Assembly (NCBI GenBank): GCA_019636245.1
Contig: JAHBXX010000006.1
Location: forward strand, 8,496-72,495
Source of the DNA: Planctomycetota bacterium
GTDB lineage: Bacteria; Planctomycetota; UBA1135; UBA2386
Direction: 5' to 3'
Length of the DNA stretch: 64,000 nucleotides
The notes beneath the pieces were generated by a model, which had not been told where the DNA came from, made no database searches, and saw only the letters and a program-made list of their open reading frames with translations. Every line of letters starts with the position of its first letter. The first letter of the stretch is position 1. A program made the position numbers and the translations under genes. Below, in pieces: positions 11,010 through 19,966 of the stretch.

Positions 11010-12092
11010 TCACCGAGGCATGGCCGGCACCAGCACGACCTCGCCCGCGGCGAGACCGCTCAGCACTTCGAACTCGTCGCCGCGCTGCTGGCCGAGCCGC
11101 ACATAGCGCCGCGCCGCGCGGTCGCCGGCCAGCACCTGCACGAAGTCGAGCTGGCCGATGGCCTGCACGGCGCGGGCCGGCACGCGCAGTTCGTCGACGG
11201 CGTCGAGCGGCACGTGCAGCCGGCCGAACATGCCGGTGACGACGCCCGGATGGCAGGGGCCCGTGACCTTGACCTCGAAGGCGCGGCTCTGCGCCGCGGC
11301 GGCCGGCACGACCTCGCTCACGGTGCCGGCGCAGCGTTCGCCGAGCGCGTCCAGCGTCACGTCGACGGCCTGACCGACCTGCAGCCGGCCGGCGAGTTCC
11401 TCGCGCACGACGGCGACCAACTGCAGCCGCGTCGGGTCGTAGAGGGATGCGATCGGCTGGCCGGGCTGCACGACATCGCCCTCCTGCACCAGCTTGTCGA
11501 CGACGATGCCGGGGATCGGCGCCCGCAGGGTGGCGAACCCGAGCGCGGTCTCGGCCCCGGCGACGGCCTGCCGCGCGCGTTCGACCTCGGCCTCGGCGGC
11601 CGCCAGCGCGGCGCGGTCGGTGTCCAGGCGGTCCGGCGGCGCGATGCCCTGCTGCACCAGCTGTTCGCTGCGGGCGAAGTCGATGTGCGCCTTGTCGCGG
11701 CGCGTCGCCGCGGCGCGCAGAACGGCGCGGGCCTGCTCGGCCGCGGCCTGCAGGTCGTCGGCGTCGAGTTCGACCAGCACTTCGCCCTGCTGCACCGGCT
11801 GGCCGGCGCGCGTGATCCCCAGCCGGCGCACGCGGCCGAGGATGCGGGACGCGACGATCGTCTCGGCGATCGCCCGCACGGTGCCGACCGCGGTCTCGGT
11901 GCGCGGCGTGCGCACCGCGGTGACGACGTGGCGTTCGCCATGGGCGGCAGCGCCGGGCGGGGCGGCCGGCGGCCCCGGCGGCACGCGGCGGTGGAAGGCG
12001 CCCAGCAGCCAGGCCAGCAGCAGGCCCATGGCCAGGAGGCCGGTGGCGACGGCGAGCGGGCGGCGCAGGCGCGCCAGGGGGATGCGCGGCAT
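11010..12092 (-). CDS. RND efflux periplasmic adaptor (membrane fusion protein, HlyD-like)
   Basis: In-frame ATG at 12092 gives MPRIPLARLRRPLAVATGLLAMGLLLAW (TM anchor). It continues with a coiled-coil hairpin (DLQAAAEQARAVL...AEAEVERARQAV), a lipoyl-like motif (LRAPIPGIVV) and a beta-barrel. The rest of track ORF 11010..13505 is a shadow. Confidence 0.85.
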   Translation of the reverse strand: MPRIPLARLRRPLAVATGLLAMGLLLAWLLGAFHRRVPPGPPAAPPGAAAHGERHVVTAVRTPRTETAVGTVRAIAETIVASRILGRVRRLGITRAGQPVQQGEVLVELDADDLQAAAEQARAVLRAAATRRDKAHIDFARSEQLVQQGIAPPDRLDTDRAALAAAEAEVERARQAVAGAETALGFATLRAPIPGIVVDKLVQEGDVVQPGQPIASLYDPTRLQLVAVVREELAGRLQVGQAVDVTLDALGERCAGTVSEVVPAAAAQSRAFEVKVTGPCHPGVVTGMFGRLHVPLDAVDELRVPARAVQAIGQLDFVQVLAGDRAARRYVRLGQQRGDEFEVLSGLAAGEVVLVPAMPR

Positions 12093-12140
12093 GGCCCCAG
12101 CATCGCCAGGATCCTGGGCCCCGGCACTACGCCCAAGTCC

Positions 12141-12150
12141 GGGGGGGGGG
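12141..12150. repeat. G10 homopolymer in a divergent intergenic region
   Basis: tcc-GGGGGGGGGG-tagc lies between the MFP start (12092, minus) and the secreted-protein start (12195, plus). Confidence 0.9.
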
Positions 12151-12194
12151 TAGCATGCGCGTGGCGGTGCACACCACCACCGCCCAAGGAAGTC

Positions 12195-13535
12195 ATGCCC
12201 AACCCGATCCTCTCGTGCTCTTCCTGGGCCCTCGCCGGGCTCGCCTTCGGTTCCGTGGTGCCCGCGCAGTGGACGTCGCGTGGACCTTCGCCGGCCAGCG
12301 ACTGTGTAGCGGCTGCCTACGACGAGGCGCGCGCGGTCACGGTCGCCGTCTTCCGCACCGGGCCGCTCGACGTCCAGACGTGGGAGTGGAATGGCACGGC
12401 CTGGACGCACAACGCCGCGGCGGGCAGCCCCGGCATCGTGCAGGACGATGGCATCGCCCTGATGTACGACCCGGTGGGCCATCGCGTGCTCGCGGTGGTG
12501 GCGGAAGGACCGGGCAGCAACGGCGGCTGGCTCTTCGCCTACGGCGGTCAGGCCTGGGTCGGTATGGCGCCCGCCCAGCCGCGCCCGCCGGGATCCAACG
12601 CGATCGCCGCCGCGTTCGACACGCAGCGCGGGGTCGTGGTCGCCTATGTGAACGGCCAGACCTGGGAGTGGAACGGAGTCGGCTGGACGCTCGCGGTCGC
12701 CAGTTCGTTGCCGGGCGACCTCCGTCGGGCGCGCATGGTCTACGATCCGCTGCAGCAGCACTGCCTGCTGATCGGCGGGCGCCCGGGCAGCGAGCCGTGG
12801 CTGAATGCGATCACCTGGCAATGGAACGGCGCCGCCTGGACCGCGGGGCCAGCATCCTCCCTCACCCAGCGCGTGCAGCACGGTGCCACGTTCGACGGCG
12901 TCGGCGGCCGGCCGATGCGCTACGGCGGCTCCACCGAAGGCATGCCGCTCTACCAGTGGTTCGCGGACAGCGCCGTGCTCGACGCGGGCGTCTGGGGCGA
13001 TCAGGTCGGCGTGCCGACCGGCGCTCCGATGGCGATGCTCGGTTCGCACCTCGCCGCCGACCTCGCGCGCGGCCGGGTCGTGCTGGTCGGGGCCGAAACC
13101 TGGGAACTCGTGCGCCCCACGCCGGCGTCGTTCGCGCGCTTCGGCGCCGGCTGCGCCGGGCTGGGCGGCGTGCCGCAGCTCGATCTGGCCGCGGGCCGCA
13201 TGGCCTGGCTCGGCCACGATCTGGGCCTGCGGGTGTCGACGTTGGGAGCGGCCGGCTTTGCCGCGGTGGCGTTCGGCCTGTCGAACACCACCTACGGCGG
13301 TGCGGCACTCCCCGCGCCGCTGCCCGGCACCGTCGGGTGCGACCTCCTGGTCGGGCTCGACGTGATGCAGGTGGCGCTGACCAGCGGCGGCACCGCGGAG
13401 TTCACGCTGCCGGTGCCGGTGGGGACGTTCGCCGCCGGGTTCGAGTTCTTCGCCCAGGCGGCCGTGCCCGACCCCGGCAACCCCCTGGGCCTGGTGGTCA
13501 GCCACGGCGTGCGCATCGTCGTGGGCACCCGGTAG
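12195..13535 (+). CDS. secreted repeat protein (Kelch/beta-propeller-like TWEWNGxxW repeats) with the shared C-terminal module
   Basis: ATG at 12195 gives MPNPILSCSSWALAGLAFGSVVPAQW, a signal peptide. Repeats seen: QTWEWNGTAWTH, QTWEWNGVGWTL, ITWQWNGAAWTA. The C-terminal ~130 aa begins FGAGCAGLGGVPQLD. It is in the frame of track ORF 10983..13535. Confidence 0.75.
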   Translation: MPNPILSCSSWALAGLAFGSVVPAQWTSRGPSPASDCVAAAYDEARAVTVAVFRTGPLDVQTWEWNGTAWTHNAAAGSPGIVQDDGIALMYDPVGHRVLAVVAEGPGSNGGWLFAYGGQAWVGMAPAQPRPPGSNAIAAAFDTQRGVVVAYVNGQTWEWNGVGWTLAVASSLPGDLRRARMVYDPLQQHCLLIGGRPGSEPWLNAITWQWNGAAWTAGPASSLTQRVQHGATFDGVGGRPMRYGGSTEGMPLYQWFADSAVLDAGVWGDQVGVPTGAPMAMLGSHLAADLARGRVVLVGAETWELVRPTPASFARFGAGCAGLGGVPQLDLAAGRMAWLGHDLGLRVSTLGAAGFAAVAFGLSNTTYGGAALPAPLPGTVGCDLLVGLDVMQVALTSGGTAEFTLPVPVGTFAAGFEFFAQAAVPDPGNPLGLVVSHGVRIVVGTR

Positions 13536-13544
13536 CGGCCCCGG

Positions 13545-14489
13545 TCAGCGCCGCACCAGCCGCACCGTGGCCGAGAGCGGCAGGTGGTCGCTGCCGAACG
13601 GCTTGCCCACCTCGGCGGCAGCGAGTTCCAGCGCGCCGCCGAGCAGCACGTGGTCGATCGGCACGCGCAACGGCCAGGGCAGCGCCGATGGCCAGGTGGG
13701 ACGGAAGGCGCGCGCGCTGCCCGGGTCGAGGCCGGCCTCGGCCACCAGCCGGCGGAAGGCGGCGTTCCACGGCGTGGCGTTGAAGTCGCCGAGCAGCAGC
13801 CGCCGCGGCGGCAGCGCGGCGATCGCCGGCTGGATCGCCGCCAGCGCCGCGTCCCGCTGCCGGCAGCGCTCGCCGATGCCGGGGCGCGGCACGTGCACGC
13901 CGAGGATGCCGAGGTCGCCGTGCGGCGTGCGCGCGATCGCGCGCAGCGCCGGCGCCCAGTCGACCCCGAGCGGGATCGTCTCGGCGCGGCGCAGCGGCCA
14001 GCGCACGAACAGTCCGGTGCCGAAGTAGCCGGGGTCGGGGGCGAGGTGGTGGTGCGGGTAGCGCGCCAGCAGCGGCGCCAGGGCCGCAAGCCAGGCGGGG
14101 GTCAGTTCGCTGCAGAACACCACGTCGGCGTCGCTGCCGGCGACCGCCGCCAGCGCCTCGGCGGCGTGCGCCTCGGCGCCGCGCAGCAGGTTGAGGCTCA
14201 GCACGCGCACCACCGGGTCGCTGCCGGTGCCGTGGCCGCCGAGGTGGATCCAGCCGGGCACCACGCCGGCGGCCGCGAGCAGACTGCCGAACAGGCACAG
14301 CAGGGCAGGTCGCCAGCGGCGCAGGACGGCGAGCGCGCCGGCCAGCAGGCCCAGCCAGGCCATCGCCTGGACCGGGAAGCAGGCCAGCAGGTCGATGCTC
14401 CAGTGCCAGGCCGGCAGGTGGGGGGCGAGGGTGGCCGGCAGGGCGGGCAGGGCCAGCAGCGCCAGCAGGTTGCTCGGTCGCACGCGCAC
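13545..14489 (-). CDS. endonuclease/exonuclease/phosphatase (EEP) family membrane-anchored protein
   Basis: N-terminal TM helices are followed by VLSLNLL...DADVVFCSELT...LGDFNATPW...GSDHLPL, the catalytic motifs of the EEP fold. GTG start at 14489. Confidence 0.75.
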   Translation of the reverse strand: MRVRPSNLLALLALPALPATLAPHLPAWHWSIDLLACFPVQAMAWLGLLAGALAVLRRWRPALLCLFGSLLAAAGVVPGWIHLGGHGTGSDPVVRVLSLNLLRGAEAHAAEALAAVAGSDADVVFCSELTPAWLAALAPLLARYPHHHLAPDPGYFGTGLFVRWPLRRAETIPLGVDWAPALRAIARTPHGDLGILGVHVPRPGIGERCRQRDAALAAIQPAIAALPPRRLLLGDFNATPWNAAFRRLVAEAGLDPGSARAFRPTWPSALPWPLRVPIDHVLLGGALELAAAEVGKPFGSDHLPLSATVRLVRR

Positions 14490-14588
14490 AGTCCGCGAAC
14501 GATGCCGCCTCCGCGGCCGGGTTGCGAGCGAAGGACGCGCGCGCGGTTGTGCGCCGCGCCTGTGCCGGCATGATCCCGCCTGCCCTCG

Positions 14589-14861
14589 ATGTCCGCCGCC
14601 CCGTCCCCGTCGCAGCCGGCGATCCTCGCCGAGATCCGCACCTTCGTCGCCACCTGGTTCCGCGATGGGCGCGAGGACGGGCTCGAGGCGGAGACGCCGT
14701 TGGTGACCTCGGGCATCGTCGATTCGGCCGGCGTGGTCGAGGTGGTCGAGTTCCTGGAGCGCCGCTTCGGCGTGCGCATCGGCGACGCCGACATCTCGCT
14801 GCGAAATTGCAACACGCTGCAGGGATTGAGCCTGCTCGTGGTGTCGCGCCTCGGCGCGTAG
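14589..14861 (+). CDS. stand-alone acyl/peptidyl carrier protein
   Basis: 90 aa with the phosphopantetheine attachment-type motif GIVDSAGVVEVVEFLERRFGV (DS-x-hydrophobic pattern). Confidence 0.6.
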   Translation: MSAAPSPSQPAILAEIRTFVATWFRDGREDGLEAETPLVTSGIVDSAGVVEVVEFLERRFGVRIGDADISLRNCNTLQGLSLLVVSRLGA

Positions 14862-14972
14862 GCGCGGCGCGCCGCGCGCCGCGCGCGACCGGCGGCGCGA
14901 TTCCCCGGCCCGGGTCTCGCATCCGCGGCCCCAGTCGCTAGCTTCTTTCGACCCTCTTTCCGGCCAGTTGCC

Positions 14973-15155
14973 GTGACCGTCCTTCTTCCCCTGATCGTGT
15001 TCTCGGTGCCCGTGCTGGCGATCGTGCTGTTCGCGCTCGCCGGGCGGCGGTTGTCGGGTTCGTGCGGCGGGGTGGGTGCGGACGGTTCGTGCTCGCGCTG
15101 CGGCAAGCCGGCCGGCGAGGCGGGCCCCGACGCCGCCGGGGCCTGCCGCTCCTGA
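14973..15155 (+). CDS. nqrM: small Cys-rich single-TM protein, NqrM-like (Na+-NQR maturation factor) candidate
   Basis: 60 aa with a GTG start. One TM helix (LLPLIVFSVPVLAIVLFALAG) is followed by GSCGG and three more Cys (C-x8-C-x2-C...C). It lies immediately upstream of nqrA. The assignment rests on my recollection of the NqrM pattern (TM helix, then a Cys cluster including GSCGG). Confidence 0.5.
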   Translation: MTVLLPLIVFSVPVLAIVLFALAGRRLSGSCGGVGADGSCSRCGKPAGEAGPDAAGACRS

Positions 15156-15199
15156 GCGGGGGGCGCCGGCGCGGTTCCGTCCGTCAGGACTTCCATCGG

Positions 15200-16552
15200 A
15201 TGACGACCCACACGATCACCAAGGGCTTCGACCTCCGGCTCGCCGGGCGGGCCGAGGCGAAGCTGCAGGCCGCACCCGAACCCCGGTCGGTCGCCGTCGA
15301 GACCGCGGAGTTCCCCGGCATCAAGCCGAAGGCGCTGGTCAAGGAAGGCGACACCGTCGCCACCGGCCAGCCGCTGTTCCTCGACAAGCTCGACCGCGAC
15401 CTGGTCTGGTGCGCCCCGGCCAGCGGCCGGATCGCCAAGGTGGAGTTCGGCGAACGGCGCTTCCTGTTGCGCATCGAGATCGAGAACGCGGTCGCGGCGG
15501 GCGGCAAGGAGACCTTCGCCGACCTGCCGAAGCCGGCCGGCGACCGCGCCGCGCTGGTGCGCGCGATCAAGGGCGCGGGCCTGTGGCCGCTGATCCGCCA
15601 GCGGCCGGTCGGCAAGATCGTGCGCGGCGACCAGGTGCCGACGGCGATCTTCGTCAACGGGATGGACTCGGCGCCGCTGGCCGCCGATCCGGCGTTCGCC
15701 GTGCAGGGCCGCAAGGCCGACCTGCAGGCCGGCATCGGTCTGCTGCGGCAGCTGACCGGCGGCAAGGTCTACCTGGCGCTGCGCGCGGCGGGCGATCACC
15801 AGAGCGAATTGCGCGACCTGCAGGGCGTCGAGGTGCACGACTTCCGCGGTCCGCACCCGTCGGGCCTGGTCGGCACCCACATCAGCCGCATCCAGCCGCT
15901 GAAGGCCGGCGAGGTCGCCTGGGCGTTGCGGCTGCAGGACCTGGCCAGGCTCGGCGAGTGGGCGCGGACCGGCAGGTACCCGGCGCTCACCACGGTGGCG
16001 CTGGCCGGCAGCGCGGCGCCGGTGCGCGGCTACTTCCGCGTGCGCCAGGGGGCGGCGGTGGCGACGCTGACCGCCGGCAAGCCGATCGCCGGCGACGTGC
16101 GGGTGATCGACGGCAACGTGCTGCACGGCCGCGCGATCGCCGCCGACGGCAACCTCGGCTACTACTGCGCCGGCATCACGGTGATCCCCGAGGGCACCGG
16201 CCAGCGGGACCTGTTCGGCTGGGCGCTGCCGCAGTTCGGCAAGCTCAGCTTCTCGCGCAGCGTGATGAGCTGGCTCGCGCCGAAGAGGGAATACGTCGTC
16301 GACACGCGGCTCAACGGCGGCCACCGGCCGATCGTCAACATCGGCGCCTGGGAGAGCGTGCTGCCGCTCGACATCCATCCGAGCTACCTGGTGCGCGCGA
16401 TCCAGGCCAACGACATCGAGGAGGCGGTCAAGCTCGGCCTGCTCGAGGTGACCGAGGAGGACGTCGCGCTGTGCACGTTCGTCGATCCCTGCAAGATCGA
16501 CGTCGGCCGGATCGTGCGGCAGGGCCTCGACCTCTACGAGAAGGAGGGCTGA
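15200..16552 (+). CDS. nqrA: Na+-translocating NADH:quinone oxidoreductase subunit A
   Basis: An internal ATG at 15200 gives MTTHTITKGFDLRLAG..., the typical NqrA N-terminus. About 450 aa, and first gene of nqrABCDEF. Confidence 0.9.
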   Translation: MTTHTITKGFDLRLAGRAEAKLQAAPEPRSVAVETAEFPGIKPKALVKEGDTVATGQPLFLDKLDRDLVWCAPASGRIAKVEFGERRFLLRIEIENAVAAGGKETFADLPKPAGDRAALVRAIKGAGLWPLIRQRPVGKIVRGDQVPTAIFVNGMDSAPLAADPAFAVQGRKADLQAGIGLLRQLTGGKVYLALRAAGDHQSELRDLQGVEVHDFRGPHPSGLVGTHISRIQPLKAGEVAWALRLQDLARLGEWARTGRYPALTTVALAGSAAPVRGYFRVRQGAAVATLTAGKPIAGDVRVIDGNVLHGRAIAADGNLGYYCAGITVIPEGTGQRDLFGWALPQFGKLSFSRSVMSWLAPKREYVVDTRLNGGHRPIVNIGAWESVLPLDIHPSYLVRAIQANDIEEAVKLGLLEVTEEDVALCTFVDPCKIDVGRIVRQGLDLYEKEG

Positions 16553-16555
16553 TCC

Positions 16556-17845
16556 GTGCAGTTCCTACGCAACCTGATCGAGAAGCAGCGCACGCTCTAT
16601 CACGCCAAGGACAGCCGGTTCCACAAGGTGTGGCCGCTGTTCGACGCCTTCGAGACGTTCCTGTTCGCGCCGGAGCAGCGCGCCGAACGCTCCGGCACGC
16701 ACGTGCGCGACTACGTCGACCTGAAGCGCGTGATGAACACGGTCATCGTCGCGATGCTGCCGTGCCTCCTGTGGGCGATCTGGAACACCGGCGCGCAGCA
16801 CTTCGCGGCCTGGGCGAGCCTCGCGGCCAAGGCGGTCGCCGAGGGCAAGCCGAGCCCCGAGTACGTCGCCGGCTGGCTGCAGTCGATCCTGGCGCCGAAC
16901 GTCATGGCGCCGTCCGCGTTCGACACGGTCGTGTTCGGCCTGCAGCGCATGCTGCCGATCCTGATCGTCAGCTACGGCGTCGGCCTCGGCATCGAGATGC
17001 TGTTCTCGGTGCTGCGCAGCGAGGAGGTCAGCGAGGGCTACCTCGTCTCCGGCATGCTGATCGCGCTGATCGTGCCGGCGTCGATCCCCCTCTGGCAGCT
17101 GGCGATCGGCGTCGCGTTCGCCGTCGTGCTCGGCAAGGAGGTGTTCGGCGGCACCGGCATGAACATCTTCAACCCGGCGATGATGGTGCGCGCCTTCCTG
17201 TTCTTCGCCTTCGCGGCGCAGATGTCGGGCGACGCCGTCTGGGTGGCGGGCAACCAGTCGCCGGCCGGCGTGCCCGGCAGCCTGATCGACGGCTACTCGC
17301 AGCCGACGGCGCTGGCGATCGTCAAGGCGGCGGGCACGAACGCCAGCGAGGTGCTGGCCGCGACCTACTCGCACGCCGACCTGTTCTTCGGCAACATCCC
17401 CGGCAGCGCCGGCGAGATGAGCAAGCTGGCCGTGCTGCTCGGCGCGTTCTGGCTGGTGTTCACCGGCGTCGGTTCCTGGCGGGTGATGCTGGCCGGCGTG
17501 CTCGGCGTGCTGGCCACCGCCGTCGTCGTGCCCGTCGCCGCCGCGGCGATGGGGCTGGCGGCGACCGGGCCGATGCACATCGCGCCGTGGGAGCACCTGC
17601 TGTGCGGCGGCTTCCTGTTCGGCATCGTCTTCATGGCCACCGACCCGGTGTCGAGCCCGGAGACCAGCACCGGCAAGTGGGTCTACGGGGCCCTGATCGG
17701 CTTCTTCACGGTGCTGGTGCGCACGATCAACCCGGCCTACCCCGAGGGCACGATGCTGGCCGTGCTGCTGCTCAACGCGTTCGCGCCGACGATCGACCAC
17801 TTCGTCGTCGCCGCGAACATCAAGCGGAGGCTCGCGCGCGCATGA
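16556..17845 (+). CDS. nqrB: Na+-NQR subunit B
   Basis: GTG start after AAGGAGGG. Polytopic protein with the FMN-attachment region FGGTGMNIFNPAMM. Confidence 0.92.
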   Translation: MQFLRNLIEKQRTLYHAKDSRFHKVWPLFDAFETFLFAPEQRAERSGTHVRDYVDLKRVMNTVIVAMLPCLLWAIWNTGAQHFAAWASLAAKAVAEGKPSPEYVAGWLQSILAPNVMAPSAFDTVVFGLQRMLPILIVSYGVGLGIEMLFSVLRSEEVSEGYLVSGMLIALIVPASIPLWQLAIGVAFAVVLGKEVFGGTGMNIFNPAMMVRAFLFFAFAAQMSGDAVWVAGNQSPAGVPGSLIDGYSQPTALAIVKAAGTNASEVLAATYSHADLFFGNIPGSAGEMSKLAVLLGAFWLVFTGVGSWRVMLAGVLGVLATAVVVPVAAAAMGLAATGPMHIAPWEHLLCGGFLFGIVFMATDPVSSPETSTGKWVYGALIGFFTVLVRTINPAYPEGTMLAVLLLNAFAPTIDHFVVAANIKRRLARA

Positions 17846-18591
17846 ACAAGACCTCGAATGCCTACGTGTTGGTCTTCGCCGTCGCGGTGTGCGTCGTGAT
17901 GAGCACGGCGTTGGCGCTGACGGCGAACGCGCTGCGGCCGGCGCAGGAGGCCGCCGCCGAGTTCGACCGGCAGAAGAACGTCATGCTGGCGGCCGGCCTG
18001 ATCCGCGACGGCGACCGCCGTCCGCGGGCCGAACTGGAGCAGCTCTACGCGCAGCGCGTCGCGCCGCGCGTCGTCGACACCAGGACGGGCGAGGTCGTCG
18101 ACGGCAAGGGTCCGAAGGACGTCGAGGGCCTGAACAAGGCGGCGGCGAAGGCCGACAAGGCCGACGCCCACCGCTACCGCACCGTCGAGATCGTCAAGGA
18201 CGAGGCCGGCAAGCTGGCGGTGATCGTGCTGCCGATCTCGGGCCGCGGCCTGTGGAGCACGCTCTACGGCTATCTGGCCCTCGAAGCGGACGGCGACCAC
18301 GTGCGCGGCATCACGTTCTACAAGCACGGCGAGACGCCCGGCCTCGGTGGCGAGGTCGAGAACCCGCAGTGGACGGCGCTGTGGCAGGGCAAGCGCATCC
18401 TCGGCGAGGGCGGCCAGCTCGAGTCGGTGACGGTCAAGAAGGGCAAGGTCGACCCGTCGCGCGCCGAGGAGAAGGCGCACTTCGTCGACGGCCTGTCCGG
18501 CGCGACGATCACCAGCAACGGCGTCACCGAGTTCGTGCGGGCCGACCTGCGCGCGTTCCAACCCTACCTGGCCAGGGTCACCAAGAGCTGA
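17842..18591 (+). CDS. nqrC: Na+-NQR subunit C
   Basis: ATG at 17842 overlaps the nqrB stop (ATGA). It has an N-terminal TM helix and the FMN-attachment motif DGLSGATITS. Confidence 0.9.
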   Translation: MNKTSNAYVLVFAVAVCVVMSTALALTANALRPAQEAAAEFDRQKNVMLAAGLIRDGDRRPRAELEQLYAQRVAPRVVDTRTGEVVDGKGPKDVEGLNKAAAKADKADAHRYRTVEIVKDEAGKLAVIVLPISGRGLWSTLYGYLALEADGDHVRGITFYKHGETPGLGGEVENPQWTALWQGKRILGEGGQLESVTVKKGKVDPSRAEEKAHFVDGLSGATITSNGVTEFVRADLRAFQPYLARVTKS

Positions 18592-18603
18592 GGCGCACCG
18601 ACC

Positions 18604-19260
18604 ATGACCGCAACGGCAACCCCTCCCGCCAAGACGCCGCTGTTCGGCGGCGACGAGAAGAAGGCGATCCTCGATCCGCTGTGGGACAACAACCCGATCG
18701 CGCTGCAGGTGCTCGGCATCTGCTCGGCGCTGGCCGTGACGACGCGACTCGACAAGTCGCTGGTCATGGGCGCCGGCGTCGTGATCGTCTGCGCGCTGGC
18801 CAACGTGATCATCTCCTGCCTGCGCAACCTGATCCCGAACAAGATCCGCATCATCGTCCAGCTCGTCGTCGTGTCGGGCGTGGTGATCGTGTTCGACCAG
18901 GTGCTGAAGGCCTACATGTACGACCTGTCGAAGCAGCTGTCGGTCTTCGTCGGGCTGATCATCACCAACTGCATCGTCATGGGCCGGCTGGAGGCCTACG
19001 CGATGGGCAATCCGCCGTGGCGCAGCCTGCTCGACGGCATCGGCAACGGCCTCGGCTACGCCTGGATCCTGGCGGTCGTCGGCGCCGTGCGCGAGATCTT
19101 CGGCGCCGGCAAGCTGCTCGGCGTGCAGGTGATCCCGCAGGCGCTCTACGACGGCGGCTACGTCAACAACGGCCTGATGGTGCTGGCGCCCGGCGCGTTC
19201 CTGCTGCTCGGCATCATCGTCTGGGTGCAGCGCGCCATCTCCGGCTACGTCGAGAAGTGA
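18604..19260 (+). CDS. nqrD: Na+-NQR subunit D
   Basis: 218 aa polytopic protein with [21 protein letters not shown], typical of NqrD/RnfE. Confidence 0.92.
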   Translation: MTATATPPAKTPLFGGDEKKAILDPLWDNNPIALQVLGICSALAVTTRLDKSLVMGAGVVIVCALANVIISCLRNLIPNKIRIIVQLVVVSGVVIVFDQVLKAYMYDLSKQLSVFVGLIITNCIVMGRLEAYAMGNPPWRSLLDGIGNGLGYAWILAVVGAVREIFGAGKLLGVQVIPQALYDGGYVNNGLMVLAPGAFLLLGIIVWVQRAISGYVEK

Positions 19261-19267
19261 GGTTCCG

Positions 19268-19963
19268 ATGCTCGCATTCGAAGTGATCCCGGATCTGTTG
19301 ACGTCGGCCGGCGAGGCCGCGGCGGCGGCGGTGGCCGCCGTCGTCGACGAGCCAGGCGCCGCGCAGAAGTACGTCGGCATCCTGCTGCGCTCGATCTTCG
19401 TCGAGAACATCCTGCTGGCGTTCTTCCTCGGCATGTGCAGCTACCTCGCGGTCAGCAAGCGCGTCGACAGCTCGGTGGGCCTCGGCATCGCCGTGATCTT
19501 CGTGCTCGGCCTGACCGTGCCGATCAACTGGGTGGTGCAGGAGTACGTGCTCCGGCCCGGGGCGCTGCACTGGGCCGGCATGCCGGACTCCGACCTCAGC
19601 TACCTGCAGTTCCTGACCTTCATCGCCTCGATCGCGGCCGCCGTGCAGATCGTCGAGATGGCGGTCGACAAGATGAGCCCCAAGCTCTACGCGGCGCTCG
19701 GCATCTTCCTGCCGCTGATCGCGGTCAACTGCGCGATCCTCGGCAGCTCGCTGTTCATGGTCGAGCGCAAGTACTCGTTCGGCGAATCGGTGGTGTTCGG
19801 GCTGGGCTCGGGCATCGGCTGGCTGCTGGCGATCGTGAGCATGGCGGCGATCCGCTGGCGGCTGCGCACGGCGCACGTGCCCGGCCCGCTGAAGGGCCTC
19901 GGCATCACCTTCATCACCACCGGCCTGATCGCGATGGCCTTCATGACCTTCAGCGGGATCTGA
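19268..19963 (+). CDS. nqrE: Na+-NQR subunit E (with ~30-aa N-terminal extension or mis-set start)
   Basis: The core [24 protein letters not shown]...[10 protein letters not shown] is typical of NqrE/RnfA. The region before YVGILLRS is Ala-rich and not conserved-looking. Confidence 0.88.
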   Translation: MLAFEVIPDLLTSAGEAAAAAVAAVVDEPGAAQKYVGILLRSIFVENILLAFFLGMCSYLAVSKRVDSSVGLGIAVIFVLGLTVPINWVVQEYVLRPGALHWAGMPDSDLSYLQFLTFIASIAAAVQIVEMAVDKMSPKLYAALGIFLPLIAVNCAILGSSLFMVERKYSFGESVVFGLGSGIGWLLAIVSMAAIRWRLRTAHVPGPLKGLGITFITTGLIAMAFMTFSGI

Positions 19964-19966
19964 GCG

